Virus record (IMG/VR): IMGVR_UViG_3300028800_000005
Coordinates: 32,001-96,000 of that record
DNA: 64,000 nucleotides
DNA from: a virus
Direction: 5' to 3' (one strand)
A model generated the notes under the pieces. That model saw nothing but the letters and a program-made list of their open reading frames with translations, was not told the DNA's origin and made no database searches. Numbering within the stretch: position 1 is the stretch's first letter; the number at the start of each line of letters is the position of its first letter. A program made the position numbers and the translations under genes. Shown here one piece after another: positions 30,390 through 40,019 of this stretch.

Positions 30390-30964
30390 GCTTTTGGGAC
30401 CGCGCGCTCGGGACCCCGGCCCGCCCGAACGTAGCCCCGGCCCCCCAGCCGGGATGGGTTGCCCCTCAGCGGCCCCAGATGCCCCCTCAGGGCTACCCGC
30501 CGCAGCAACAGGGGTACCAGCAAGGCTACCAGCAGCCATACCCCCAGCAGGCCCCTCAGGGACCGGGCAGTGGCCTCCCCCCGCAGTTCCAGGGCCTGGC
30601 CATTCAGCCAACGAAGAACGCCGAGGACCAGCAGGCCGGGTACACTGCCGCGACACAGGGGTACATCAGGAAGCCACCTGACTGGGTGCGTAATCAGGCT
30701 TCGGAGCGCTGCCCCGAGTGCAACGGGGTTAACTTCGCGCGGCACGGGCAGGGTGAGGGAACCTACGGGAAGCTGCGCCGGACGACTGCGGGCGCTGTTG
30801 AATTCGGGCACTGTTTCGATTGCGGGTACACGATGAACGGCGGGAACCCCATGAGCGATGCCCAGATCGGGAACTCGCACTCACATGGCCTGTCAAATTC
30901 CAGCGGGACGGTTAAGGCTACCCGCCAGCCGCACGGGCTCAAGAATTTCTACGTGATATCGTGA
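30386..30964 (+). CDS. Gln/Pro-rich zinc-ribbon protein
   Basis: QGYPPQQQGYQQGYQQPY; CPEC..CFDC. Confidence 0.75.
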   Translation: MSFWDRALGTPARPNVAPAPQPGWVAPQRPQMPPQGYPPQQQGYQQGYQQPYPQQAPQGPGSGLPPQFQGLAIQPTKNAEDQQAGYTAATQGYIRKPPDWVRNQASERCPECNGVNFARHGQGEGTYGKLRRTTAGAVEFGHCFDCGYTMNGGNPMSDAQIGNSHSHGLSNSSGTVKATRQPHGLKNFYVIS

Positions 30965-31095
30965 CCTCCGACCAGCTCAGGGAGCTGGCGGGCATCACGG
31001 GAGTACGAAAGCTAAGCGACCACACTACTACTGTCGTCTTCCCAAATGGTGCCGCCCGCCCTGCCACGTCCCTTGAAGTCCGACTCTGGCATATT

Positions 31096-31125
31096 TTGAC
31101 TAGCATGGCCCAGGAGGAATAAACT
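31096..31125 (+). promoter_or_regulatory. SigA-like promoter
   Basis: TTGACT-N18-TAAACT before recA. Confidence 0.65.
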
Positions 31126-31151
31126 AAGGCCAGACCTAGGAGGAATTATTT

Positions 31152-32270
31152 ATGGCCCTCAGTACTGAGGTTCTCACCTGGATGGCCCGCCTGAACAAGG
31201 ATATCGGGCCGGACACCATTGTCCGGGCATCGGACATCGTGGTAGCCCACCGATTCACTTCCGGTAGCCTAGCCCTTGATGTAGCACTCGGCGGTGGCTG
31301 GCCAGGTAACCAGGCCGTTGAAGTCATCGGTAACGAGTCCAGCGGGAAGACGTACACCGTACTTAAGACCATCGCCGCTAACCAGAAGATCGATAAGGAA
31401 TTCACGACCTTCTGGGTCGCGGCCGAGCACTACTCTCCGGAGCAGGCCGCTGCCCTTGGCGTCGACAACGACAGGGTAGTCGTCGCCCCGGCCGCACAGC
31501 AGGCCGAGGTCGGCCTTGACCTCATGCTGGACGCCCTGGAATCCAAGCTCTATGACTGCGTCGTCCTAGACTCATTCCCCGCCCTCATTCCCAGGGAAGA
31601 GGACGAGAAGGCGATGAACGAGGCCGTCGTGGCTACCGGGGCGAAGCTGTTCAACAAGTTCTGGCGCAAGTACGGGACCTCGTCACACAGGAACAGCGAC
31701 GGAACCGAGCGCCCCTACCTCCTTATCGTCATCAATCAGTTCCGTGACAAGGTCGGCGGGTTCCAGAAGTTCGGTGTCCCTCAGACTACTCCGGGGGGAC
31801 ACGGCAAGGACTACGCGTTCTACACCCGGGTAAAGGTCGCCCGCGACGAGTGGATAACGGAGAAGCGCCCCGGCCTGCCGGACCCGGTGATTGTCGGTCA
31901 GGTCATGGCCTACAAGACGACCAAGAACAAGTCCGCCTCGCCGCAGCAGACCGCTAAGGTGCGCGCCTTTACCCGGAACGCTCCCCTTCTCGGGTTCCAC
32001 CGGGGGGACTATGACCTCGGTTCCGACTACGTCGACATGGGAATTCTCTTCGGCGTAATTCAGCTTAAGGGGTCCTGGCTTAACTACGACGGCCAGCAGT
32101 GGCAAGGCAAGGATGCCATGAAGGACTCTGTCCGGGAAGACCTGGACCTTCAGGCTAAGTTGTCGGCCGAGGTTCTAGAAGTCGCCGCCGACCCGCGAAA
32201 GGCCGACGCGATGCTCCAGCAGGCCATAGAGGAAGCGCCGCCCAGGCGCAAGAGGGGACGCGCAGCATGA
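31152..32270 (+). CDS. recA: RecA/UvsX-like recombinase
   Basis: SGSLALDVALGGGWP, EVIGNESSGKT, VVLDS, INQFRDKVG, TTPGG. Confidence 0.95.
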   Translation: MALSTEVLTWMARLNKDIGPDTIVRASDIVVAHRFTSGSLALDVALGGGWPGNQAVEVIGNESSGKTYTVLKTIAANQKIDKEFTTFWVAAEHYSPEQAAALGVDNDRVVVAPAAQQAEVGLDLMLDALESKLYDCVVLDSFPALIPREEDEKAMNEAVVATGAKLFNKFWRKYGTSSHRNSDGTERPYLLIVINQFRDKVGGFQKFGVPQTTPGGHGKDYAFYTRVKVARDEWITEKRPGLPDPVIVGQVMAYKTTKNKSASPQQTAKVRAFTRNAPLLGFHRGDYDLGSDYVDMGILFGVIQLKGSWLNYDGQQWQGKDAMKDSVREDLDLQAKLSAEVLEVAADPRKADAMLQQAIEEAPPRRKRGRAA

Positions 32271-32418
32271 TGAACGTTCGGGAACTGATCGAGGCCCTGA
32301 AGGACAAGCCACAGGACGCTATCGTGGTTTACGACGTTGAGTGGGGGCTAGGGAGCATCGCCTTGGTGGAAATTCAGCCACCCTTCGGCGCAACCAAGGA
32401 AATGGTGGTCTTGTCATC

Positions 32419-32982
32419 ATGACACTCATAGGTGGCGTAGTGTCCGGGAAGCAAGTCATCATCGCAGGTGACCGCGCGGCCCTGTCACCGGAGGAACTCA
32501 CCTCCGACACGCTGAAGCAGCCGAAGGTATTCCGATCGGGGGAACTAGTCCTTGGCGGGAGCGAGTCCTTCCGGATGATACAGGTTCTCCAGTACCAGCT
32601 CAAGATACCGCCGCTAACCGACTTCGCCTTGTCGGACGGAGATCCCATGAGGTACATGGTCGAGGAGTTCATCCCGGCGGTGCGCGAGCTTCTGACGGAT
32701 AACGGGTTCAACGAGACCGGGGAAGAGGCGTCCCCGCCGGGCAATATCATGGTCGGGCTGCGTGGTCACCTGTACGTCATCCAGGGGGACTACGCGGTGA
32801 TGGAAGCGACGGACCCGTTCGACGCGATCGGCTTCGGGAAGACGGCGTTCCTCGGTGCTATCCGTGCCGTTCGAATCGCCCAGCCGAAGCTTGCCGCGCA
32901 CCATCAGCTAGCCCTTGCCATGGAGGTCGCGGAGAGCGTTACCTTTGCGGTCAAGGGCCCGTTCGATATCCTGGCCGCCTGA
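32419..32982 (+). CDS. HslV/proteasome-beta-like Ntn hydrolase
   Basis: Likely start MTLIGG (Thr1); IIAGD, PKVF, DAIGFG, V.GPF. Preceded by a 51-aa ORF at 32267-32422. Confidence 0.75.
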   Translation: MTLIGGVVSGKQVIIAGDRAALSPEELTSDTLKQPKVFRSGELVLGGSESFRMIQVLQYQLKIPPLTDFALSDGDPMRYMVEEFIPAVRELLTDNGFNETGEEASPPGNIMVGLRGHLYVIQGDYAVMEATDPFDAIGFGKTAFLGAIRAVRIAQPKLAAHHQLALAMEVAESVTFAVKGPFDILAA

Positions 32983-33326
32983 TGGACGAGAGGATCGCTA
33001 GGAGCAGGAAGCAGGAGCGTAAAGGGGCACAGCGGTACGGCGGGACGGTGAACAGCCAGTCCGGTGCCGGTGACATACGCAAGAACGATGTTCGAACCGA
33101 GACCGAGAGCATCGAGTTCAAGGGGACGTCTAACACCGGGTACCGTCTGACGCTGGCGGACCTCTGTACGGCCTGGCGGCATGCCCTGATGGACGGCCGG
33201 AACGTGATCTTCGGGATCGAGTTCTTCCGGACGGACAAGTTCTTCGGGGTACCGACGCGCTGGGTCATCATGCCAGAGGATGATTACCTCGCCATGAAGG
33301 ACCAACTACGTTTCTACGAGGACTGA
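32982..33326 (+). CDS. Holliday-junction-resolvase-like PD-(D/E)xK nuclease
   Basis: SRKQE..SGAG..KNDV..IEFK. Confidence 0.75.
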   Translation: MDERIARSRKQERKGAQRYGGTVNSQSGAGDIRKNDVRTETESIEFKGTSNTGYRLTLADLCTAWRHALMDGRNVIFGIEFFRTDKFFGVPTRWVIMPEDDYLAMKDQLRFYED

Positions 33327-33329
33327 CCT

Positions 33330-33713
33330 ATGGTGCTGCATCTCCGTCAGCCTAGTCCGGACCAGTGGCGTAATTCAAAGTGCCTTGGAAAGGTATTCGA
33401 CGAGGACGGGAAGTACCAGGAGGAGCTGGACCCTTTTTTCACCCCCGACCGGGAAGAGGAAGCGGTTGACTTCTGCCGGGGAAAAGATGGGACCCCCTGT
33501 CCTATCATGGAGCAGTGCCTGATATTCGCCCTAGTCAACAACGAAAAATCAGGCGTGTTTGGTGGTACGCCTGAGCTGGATCGCAAGGCCATCCGTAAGA
33601 AGTGGCCACTCCGTCGTGGTAAGGACCCCCGCCCAGAGTGGCAGCTATTCGAACCGGGAGAGCCAGCGAGCTGGTACGCCGACGAGGAGCTAGGGGACGA
33701 TAATGACGATTGA
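33330..33713 (+). CDS. whiB: WhiB-family transcription factor
   Basis: W..SKC..DPFF..C..CP..EQC..AL..GVFGG..R. Confidence 0.85.
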   Translation: MVLHLRQPSPDQWRNSKCLGKVFDEDGKYQEELDPFFTPDREEEAVDFCRGKDGTPCPIMEQCLIFALVNNEKSGVFGGTPELDRKAIRKKWPLRRGKDPRPEWQLFEPGEPASWYADEELGDDNDD

Positions 33714-33954
33714 CGAGGCTCTGGCCCGCCTTGAATCAGATCTAACGCCCATCCTGGAGGCCACAACTATCCTCGGGCCGCTGAGCGAATCAGAAATTGC
33801 CCGGTATATCATTAGTCAGTACACAGAGGTTCCGTGGGAATACGTGAGTAACCTGCACGCGAAATTTAATGATGACGGTTCGGTGCATATTTCCTTGACG
33901 TACATGCCACCAATTACGGAGGCTGAGGTGCACCTTGACGAAGCCAACGGGTAA
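33703..33954 (+). CDS. Hypothetical protein
   Basis: Coupled ORF with lower GC. Confidence 0.55.
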   Translation: MTIDEALARLESDLTPILEATTILGPLSESEIARYIISQYTEVPWEYVSNLHAKFNDDGSVHISLTYMPPITEAEVHLDEANG

Positions 33955-35182
33955 GTTCGCCGCCCTCGCGAATGCCAAGAAGCAGGGGGGTATCCTGATC
34001 CCCGAGCTGCAAAAGGTTGCCCTGAAGTCGGCCGGTGGTGGCCATCCTGGCGGTAATGACCATATTCACCCGTCTGAGATGTCTAAGGCTGACTGGTGCC
34101 CCCGCGCGACCTATTACCGCCTGAATACCGGTAAGGTCTTTGACGACAAGTTCTCGTTCATCCTTGAGAATATCTTTGACGAGGGTAATGAGATCCACGC
34201 GAAGTGGCAGCGGAGGATGCGGGAGACAAAGAAGCTCTGGGGGTCCTGGAGGTGCCTGACCTGCAAGCAGTGGCGGCACCAGTGCTTTGAGCCCGGTATT
34301 GCCGCTGGCGGGATGTGCTATGACAAGATTATCCACCACTGGGAGTACATGGAGGTCCCTCTCGAAGACAAGGAGTCTTTGATCTGGGGCCACGAAGACG
34401 GGGCCATGGCCTTGGAGTCCGCCGCGCCAGAGGACGATATGCTTCCTGGCGGGTACATGGTCGAGCTAAAGTCGATCGGCCTCGGTACAGTTCGAGTCGA
34501 CGCGGCCGAGAAGCTCAAGAAGTATTACGTGGAGACGACAGACGGCGACCGTATCTATAACCTGAACAAGTTCTGGAAGGACCTTAAGCGACCGTTCCTT
34601 TCCCACGTCAAGCAGGCGAACATTTACCTATGGCTGTCCGAGCGCATGGGCTTGCCGTTCACTGAGGTCCGGTTCCTGTACGAGTTCAAGGCAAACCAGC
34701 AGGTCAAGGAATTCGTCATAAAGAAGTCCGACCGGATTCTGGAGCCGCTTTTGACCATGGCCAAGGGTGTCGTCTACGCTCTGGAGAGCGGGACCCCGCC
34801 GGTTTGCCCGAACGTAGACGACCAGGGTAATCACGGCTGCAAGGCCTGCCGAAAGTATGAGGAGGAACTTGATGCCCCGCAGGAGAACAGCGCCAGAAGC
34901 GCCCCTGGAGAGCCCGGAGACGCACCAGGAGAGCCTGTACCGGCGCGAGGGAGCAAACGTCGCCGCACGCCGCCTGAAGTCTCAGGGGATCGACGTCGAC
35001 CGGTGGGCGAGGCACCCCGAAAGCGACCCGCCCGGCGTACCACGGGACCTGACGGAGGAACGCGACCGGGACCTGATGAACATCTACCAGGAGGTCCAGC
35101 GGTGGGTGAAGTACCTGGCGCTTCAGCTAGCAGCGGCCGAGGTCGACGAGTCCTACGCCGAAAGGGCAGTAACCCGGACTGA
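33935..35182 (+). CDS. Cas4-like / PD-(D/E)xK exonuclease
   Basis: IHPSE..WCPR..Y, GNEIH, E..L..GHEDG, VELKS, H.KQA.IY, C-terminal C..C..C cluster. Confidence 0.85.
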   Translation: MTKPTGKFAALANAKKQGGILIPELQKVALKSAGGGHPGGNDHIHPSEMSKADWCPRATYYRLNTGKVFDDKFSFILENIFDEGNEIHAKWQRRMRETKKLWGSWRCLTCKQWRHQCFEPGIAAGGMCYDKIIHHWEYMEVPLEDKESLIWGHEDGAMALESAAPEDDMLPGGYMVELKSIGLGTVRVDAAEKLKKYYVETTDGDRIYNLNKFWKDLKRPFLSHVKQANIYLWLSERMGLPFTEVRFLYEFKANQQVKEFVIKKSDRILEPLLTMAKGVVYALESGTPPVCPNVDDQGNHGCKACRKYEEELDAPQENSARSAPGEPGDAPGEPVPARGSKRRRTPPEVSGDRRRPVGEAPRKRPARRTTGPDGGTRPGPDEHLPGGPAVGEVPGASASSGRGRRVLRRKGSNPD

Positions 35183-35411
35183 GGCCCTGAAGGGCTACGA
35201 CTTCCGTAAGGTCGACGCTAAGACCCGCGCGAACGAGGACCAGGAGTACCTGGATGTCAAGGAAGCGCAGCTCGCCGCGTACGGGTACCGGAAGATGATC
35301 GCCGCCCTGTACGCGAACGTCGACCGCGACGCTTTCCAGCTTTCCCGTGAGATCACCCGGCGTAGCGCCAGGTCTGACCGGGATCACCGCGCTGACCGGC
35401 ACAGCAGTTAG
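34872..35411 (+). CDS. Coiled-coil protein, possibly UvsY-like recombination mediator
   Basis: GGAGG RBS inside the exonuclease gene; helical heptads ending LSREITRR. Confidence 0.6.
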   Translation: MPRRRTAPEAPLESPETHQESLYRREGANVAARRLKSQGIDVDRWARHPESDPPGVPRDLTEERDRDLMNIYQEVQRWVKYLALQLAAAEVDESYAERAVTRTEALKGYDFRKVDAKTRANEDQEYLDVKEAQLAAYGYRKMIAALYANVDRDAFQLSREITRRSARSDRDHRADRHSS

Positions 35412-35414
35412 CTT

Positions 35415-35444
35415 TTGCCAGCATGGCCTGGGCAGGACTAGACT
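35415..35444 (+). promoter_or_regulatory. SigA-like promoter for the PEPCK operon
   Basis: TTGCCA-N18-TAGACT; same boxes as the promoter at 50032. Confidence 0.65.
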
Positions 35445-35482
35445 GGGGAACGAAGCCAAGAAGACACGTCACAGGAGGAAAC

Positions 35483-36006
35483 ATGGAGACCCGCAAGACC
35501 CTGCCCCGGACACTGGAGCTAGCCGCCGTGATCGCGGTTGTCTACCCGATCGACCGCCTATGGGCCGCGTTCGGTGCCCCGCACACTGAGACCTGGCCGT
35601 TCTTCGCTAAGCCCCTGCCGTTCCTGCTGGTCCTCCTGAGCTTCCTGGTCCTGCTCTACGTCCCGACTATCAAGAAGGTCTACGACCGCGCGCGGAATGC
35701 CTGATGCACCAGGTAACCGAGCGCGTCCTGAATATCATGTGGCAGCTAGAGTCTGTCTACGCCGAGATGGACCCGGACTTCGCACTGCTGCTGTCGTTCC
35801 AGGAGGCCCGGGAGCTATATCACGACCTTGGGTCCAGCGGTTCCTTCGAGGTACACACGTATCTCCCTGTTAACGGGGAGGTGCAGTGTAATAGTTACGT
35901 CATTCCGCTGCAGTTGAGCCCGCCACCGTACCCGGACGGAAAGAGAGTCGTCTGGGCCCAGTGCGAGGGCCTTAAAATCGCCATCAAAGGCACCGAGGAG
36001 GCATAA
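35483..36006 (+). CDS. Small 2-TM membrane protein (35483-35704) and hypothetical protein (35704-36006)
   Basis: AGGAGG RBS; hydrophobic segments; TGATG/TAATG coupling. Confidence 0.65.
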
Positions 36007-37937
36007 TGACATTCACAGGACATTCAGCGAACCTGAACCTGAACCAGTGGGTTCTAGGCATCGCGGCACGAACCAGTCCCGACGAGATCCTCTGGCTTGA
36101 CGGCAGCGATGCCGAGTACCAGGAGCTTCTCAGGACGCTTGTCGCGTCCGGTACTATTCAGGGCCTGAACCCTCGTAAGCGGCCGAACAGTTTCCTGGCC
36201 CGGAGTGACCCGGGTGACGTCGCGCGTGTCGAGTCCCGGACCTTTATCTGCTCGAAGAACGAGTCGGACGCCGGGCCGACCAACAACTGGGCGGACCCTG
36301 AATACATGCGTGGTGTCCTGGAGGCTAAGTTCAATGGGGCAATGCGCGGCCGGACGATGTACGTCATCCCGTTCTCAATGGGCCCGTTCGGCGGCCCGAT
36401 CAGCCAGGTCGGCGTCGAGCTTACCGACTCACCGTACGTCGCGCTCTCCATGATGATCATGACCCGAGTCGGCCAGCAGGCCCTTGACGTCCTAGGTCCC
36501 TGCGGGGAATTCGTCCCGGCTGTGCACAGCGTCGGCTACCCGCTGCGGGACTTTAGTGGTGACTACCCGTTCGCGGACAACCCATCCCGCCCGGATATTC
36601 CGTGGCCGTGCAACGATGACAAGTACATCGTGCATTTCCCGGAGACCAGGGAGATCTGGTCTTACGGTTCCGGCTATGGCGGTAACGCGCTGCTCGGTAA
36701 GAAGTGCTACGCGCTCCGCATCGCGTCAGTCCAGGCCCGGGATAACGGCTGGATGGCCGAGCACATGATGATTCTCAAGGTCACCCCGCCGTCCGTTATC
36801 GGTACGGTATCGTATGCCGGAGAATCCGGGCACGTCGTAACGGTTCCCGGCCGGACGGATCAGCCCGAGCCGATCTACGTCGCCGGGGCATTTCCGTCAG
36901 CGTGCGGGAAGACGAACCTCGCCATGATCGAGACGCCAAAGGATCTTCCCGGGTGGAAGTTCGAGACCATCGGGGATGACATCGCCTGGATGAAGCCAGG
37001 GGCGGACGGCAGGCTATACGCCATTAACCCGGAATTCGGGTTCTTCGGTGTCGCGCCGGGGACGAACTACAAGACGAACCCGAACGCGATGCGCGCGATG
37101 GAGAAGGACACGATCTTCACGAACGTCGCGCTCACCGACGACGGGGACGTCTGGTGGGAGGGCATCGACGGTGACAAGCCAAGTCACCTTGTCGATTGGA
37201 CTGGCCGCGATATCTACCGGATGGGTGGGTACTACCAGACCCGTAATGGTGAAAAGGCTTTGGCCGCGCACCCTAACAGCCGGTTCACCAGCCCCACCAG
37301 GAACGCCCCCAGCCTGGCCCAGGAGTACCTGAACGCCCCTCAGGGTGTTCCTATCTCGGCTATCCTGTTCGGTGGCCGTCGTCCCTCCCTGGTCCCCCTG
37401 GTGACCGAGGCTAAGTCCTGGGCCCACGGGGTTTACATGGGCGCGACGATCGCGTCCGAGCAGACCGCAGCGGCTGAGGGGACGGTCGGGGAGCTTCGCC
37501 GGGACCCGATGGCGATGAAGCCGTTCATCGGCTATAACGTCCGCGATTACTGGCAGCACTGGCTGGACATGGAGAACATTCTCGGGGAGTCGAAGCTGCC
37601 GATGATCTACCGGGTGAACTGGTTCCGTCAGGACAAGGACGGGGAATTCATCTGGCCAGGATTCACCGCGAACGCTCACGTTCTCCGCTGGATCTACGAC
37701 CGGGTTACCGGATCGACCTGGGGCCGTGTGACCCCTCTCGGAATCCTGCCTGTCCCGGCGCAGATCCCGGACGCCGACGCGAGCCTGTTCTTCGTTGACG
37801 TCCAGGGCTGGCAAAAGGAGCATGAGCTTTCCGGGAATTACCTCCGGGAAATGAAGGCCCCGAAGGAACTCCACCGGGTCCTGACCGATGACGACGCGGC
37901 CCTGGTCGCCCTCGCGCTGCATGAGGGGTCGGAGTGA
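36006..37937 (+). CDS. pckG: Phosphoenolpyruvate carboxykinase (GTP)
   Basis: [98 protein letters not shown]. Confidence 0.97.
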   Translation: MTFTGHSANLNLNQWVLGIAARTSPDEILWLDGSDAEYQELLRTLVASGTIQGLNPRKRPNSFLARSDPGDVARVESRTFICSKNESDAGPTNNWADPEYMRGVLEAKFNGAMRGRTMYVIPFSMGPFGGPISQVGVELTDSPYVALSMMIMTRVGQQALDVLGPCGEFVPAVHSVGYPLRDFSGDYPFADNPSRPDIPWPCNDDKYIVHFPETREIWSYGSGYGGNALLGKKCYALRIASVQARDNGWMAEHMMILKVTPPSVIGTVSYAGESGHVVTVPGRTDQPEPIYVAGAFPSACGKTNLAMIETPKDLPGWKFETIGDDIAWMKPGADGRLYAINPEFGFFGVAPGTNYKTNPNAMRAMEKDTIFTNVALTDDGDVWWEGIDGDKPSHLVDWTGRDIYRMGGYYQTRNGEKALAAHPNSRFTSPTRNAPSLAQEYLNAPQGVPISAILFGGRRPSLVPLVTEAKSWAHGVYMGATIASEQTAAAEGTVGELRRDPMAMKPFIGYNVRDYWQHWLDMENILGESKLPMIYRVNWFRQDKDGEFIWPGFTANAHVLRWIYDRVTGSTWGRVTPLGILPVPAQIPDADASLFFVDVQGWQKEHELSGNYLREMKAPKELHRVLTDDDAALVALALHEGSE

Positions 37938-38239
37938 GTCTTGTTGACCGGGAAATCCTCCGGTACACCGACCGTATCCGAACCCCCACCTTGGATCATG
38001 TCACACGGAATGATCCGCAGTTCGTAGCGGAATGGGTTCGGGTCAAGAAGCTCTTGGTAGCGGTTGACGAGGCCATGATGCTCCAGGGGATCTCGGAGGA
38101 TACCCGGGCCAGGGTTATCCGGACGGTTCTCCTGGGGTCGCCCGACGAGTCCGACGCGCTCGAACGTATGGCAGCCAGAGAGCGTGAAATGAAGCTGATG
38201 AACCAGCGGGTTTCTCCGCTGACATTTCCTCCAAAGTGA
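37934..38239 (+). CDS. Hypothetical protein
   Basis: GTGA-coupled ORF. Confidence 0.6.
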   Translation: MSLVDREILRYTDRIRTPTLDHVTRNDPQFVAEWVRVKKLLVAVDEAMMLQGISEDTRARVIRTVLLGSPDESDALERMAAREREMKLMNQRVSPLTFPPK

Positions 38240-38356
38240 AAGTACGGACCACTGACCTCCCGAAGAAGGCGTTCATATTCGAGGACGATTCTCTGGAGGT
38301 CAAGAGGTCCAAGCGGTACATAAACACGATCATTACCTTGAGAAAGGCGGCAAGAA

Positions 38357-38863
38357 ATGGGCACATGGCGTGGGACAGGACCGTGGGCAGAACCAGCGGC
38401 GGGCGTTGACGACGAGGACGAGGTGACCTACCACAGCGACGTGGCCAAGCAGCACGCTTGCCGCTGCAAGAAGGCGGAAGAGGACGACGGCACGCTCCGG
38501 ACGTTCGCCACGGGCGCGACCAGGGACACGGGCGAGGGGAAGCCACAGCACTGGGCCTTTGGTTCGGCCCTGGTGGAGAAGCGGTTCGGTGAGTACATGC
38601 ACTCGAAGCGCATCCAGACGGACGGCAAGCTCCGGGCCGGGGATAACTGGAAGAAGGGCATTCCGCAGTGGGAGTACTTCCATTCCCTGTCGCGGCACAC
38701 CAATGACATGCGCCTGATATCCGAGGGGTTCCGCGACGAGGCTACTGAGCCCGACATGGAGGTCGTTCTCTGCGCGATGCTGTTTAACGTCCAGGGCCTT
38801 CTCCATGAGGTTCTTAAGGAGAACATGGTCAACGGGAACCCGGCGAATAGGGAGCACAAGTGA
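38357..38863 (+). CDS. DUF5664-type dATP/dGTP diphosphohydrolase
   Basis: RTFATGATRD..GK..DNWKKGIP..SL.RH..L.A..FN. Confidence 0.8.
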   Translation: MGTWRGTGPWAEPAAGVDDEDEVTYHSDVAKQHACRCKKAEEDDGTLRTFATGATRDTGEGKPQHWAFGSALVEKRFGEYMHSKRIQTDGKLRAGDNWKKGIPQWEYFHSLSRHTNDMRLISEGFRDEATEPDMEVVLCAMLFNVQGLLHEVLKENMVNGNPANREHK

Positions 38864-39234
38864 CGACGTACGACACTATACTCGTTACCAGTGCAAACGC
38901 GGAAGTCCTGGCGGACATAGACGACGAGCGCGATTACCAGGATTCCAAGTGGGGCGAGCAGAACTGGCCGGACGGGACAGGTGACCTACGTCGTATCCTG
39001 TACATGACCGACAGCAACCTGGACCTGCGCAGCGGCCGGGAACTGGCTGACATCTTCCGTGCGAAGTGTAAGAACAGGCACGCTGCAGGGGCCCTCACCT
39101 GGCGCGATATCCTCCTGGAGGAGGTATTCGAGGCCATGGCCGAGGAGGACCCGGTGAAGCTACGCGCCGAGCTTATCCAGGTCGCGGCGGTCGCGACATC
39201 ACACGCCCAGGCAATTGACCGGCGGCAGAAATGA
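38860..39234 (+). CDS. MazG-like nucleotide pyrophosphohydrolase
   Basis: ER..QD.KWGEQ..ILLEEVFEA..ELIQVAAVA. Confidence 0.8.
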   Translation: MTTYDTILVTSANAEVLADIDDERDYQDSKWGEQNWPDGTGDLRRILYMTDSNLDLRSGRELADIFRAKCKNRHAAGALTWRDILLEEVFEAMAEEDPVKLRAELIQVAAVATSHAQAIDRRQK

Positions 39235-39638
39235 GCTGTATCGCGCGCATTGAACATCTTCGTCAATGCGGGTCAGAGGACTTGAAGAACGAGTTCTACT
39301 GCACGCAGCATCATGCCAAGAACCTTTACCTTATCCGCACTTACGGCATAAACCTCCTCAGTGCTGAGCAGCTCCTGGACCGGCAGGGTTGGAAGTGCCC
39401 GATTACGGGTGACGAGCTGACAGAGGGGCACTGGGTAGTCGACCACTCCCACAGGCAGAAGAAAGTCCGGGGGATAACGACCAGGTACGCTAACCACCGT
39501 CTTATCGGTCGGCATGAGGACTGGGTCCTTGTCCAGCACATAGCTGACTACCTGCGTGACCCCCCGGCGTACCGTCTGATGCCAGAGCAGAAGGTCCCGG
39601 TCAAGAAGCGAAAGAAGCGAAAGAAGAAAACCAGTTAA
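39231..39638 (+). CDS. Endonuclease VII-like protein
   Basis: YGI..LL..Q..CPI..VVDHSH..VRG..N..IG. Confidence 0.75.
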   Translation: MSCIARIEHLRQCGSEDLKNEFYCTQHHAKNLYLIRTYGINLLSAEQLLDRQGWKCPITGDELTEGHWVVDHSHRQKKVRGITTRYANHRLIGRHEDWVLVQHIADYLRDPPAYRLMPEQKVPVKKRKKRKKKTS

Positions 39639-39698
39639 CAGCACAGTGCGCTCCCTGTCTATTCTGGAGGAGGGTAATACTATCTTCTGGAGCATGAC

Positions 39699-39974
39699 AT
39701 GGAGCGCACTGATGACCTGGTTCTCCGGGTAAAGTCCACAACGCCGGTACCAGACCTGGCGAGTGCGGTGGCACACGGGGTTACTGACGGCAAGCACGTT
39801 ATCATGCGGTGCATCGGCCCGCAGCCTATCTCGCAGGCTACCAAGGCGGTCGCCGTCGCACGCGGGTACGTAGCACCGCGAGGAATTGACCTGGCTTTGA
39901 TACCCGGGTTCATAAACGTTGAGATGCCCGAAGGCACGGTAACCGGAGTAGCATTGAGAGTTGTGGTCCTGTAG
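39699..39974 (+). CDS. spoVS: SpoVS-family (Alba-like fold) protein
   Basis: IG...SQATKAVAVARGYVAPRGIDL..IPGF matches the SpoVS signature NQAVKAVAIARGFVAPSGVDL..IP.F. Confidence 0.88.
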   Translation: MERTDDLVLRVKSTTPVPDLASAVAHGVTDGKHVIMRCIGPQPISQATKAVAVARGYVAPRGIDLALIPGFINVEMPEGTVTGVALRVVVL

Positions 39975-40019
39975 GTAATTCCGCGTACAATGGGAGTGCA
40001 TGCAACATAGGAGTTCTCC

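Noticed and set aside
33935-35182. CRISPR-Cas system (Cas4)
   Set aside because: Solo Cas4-like nuclease in the recombination module; no other cas genes and no repeat-spacer array.
38357-39234. 2-aminoadenine (Z) genome cluster
   Set aside because: Pyrophosphatases are present, but no purZ or HD-family datZ gene is visible in the window.
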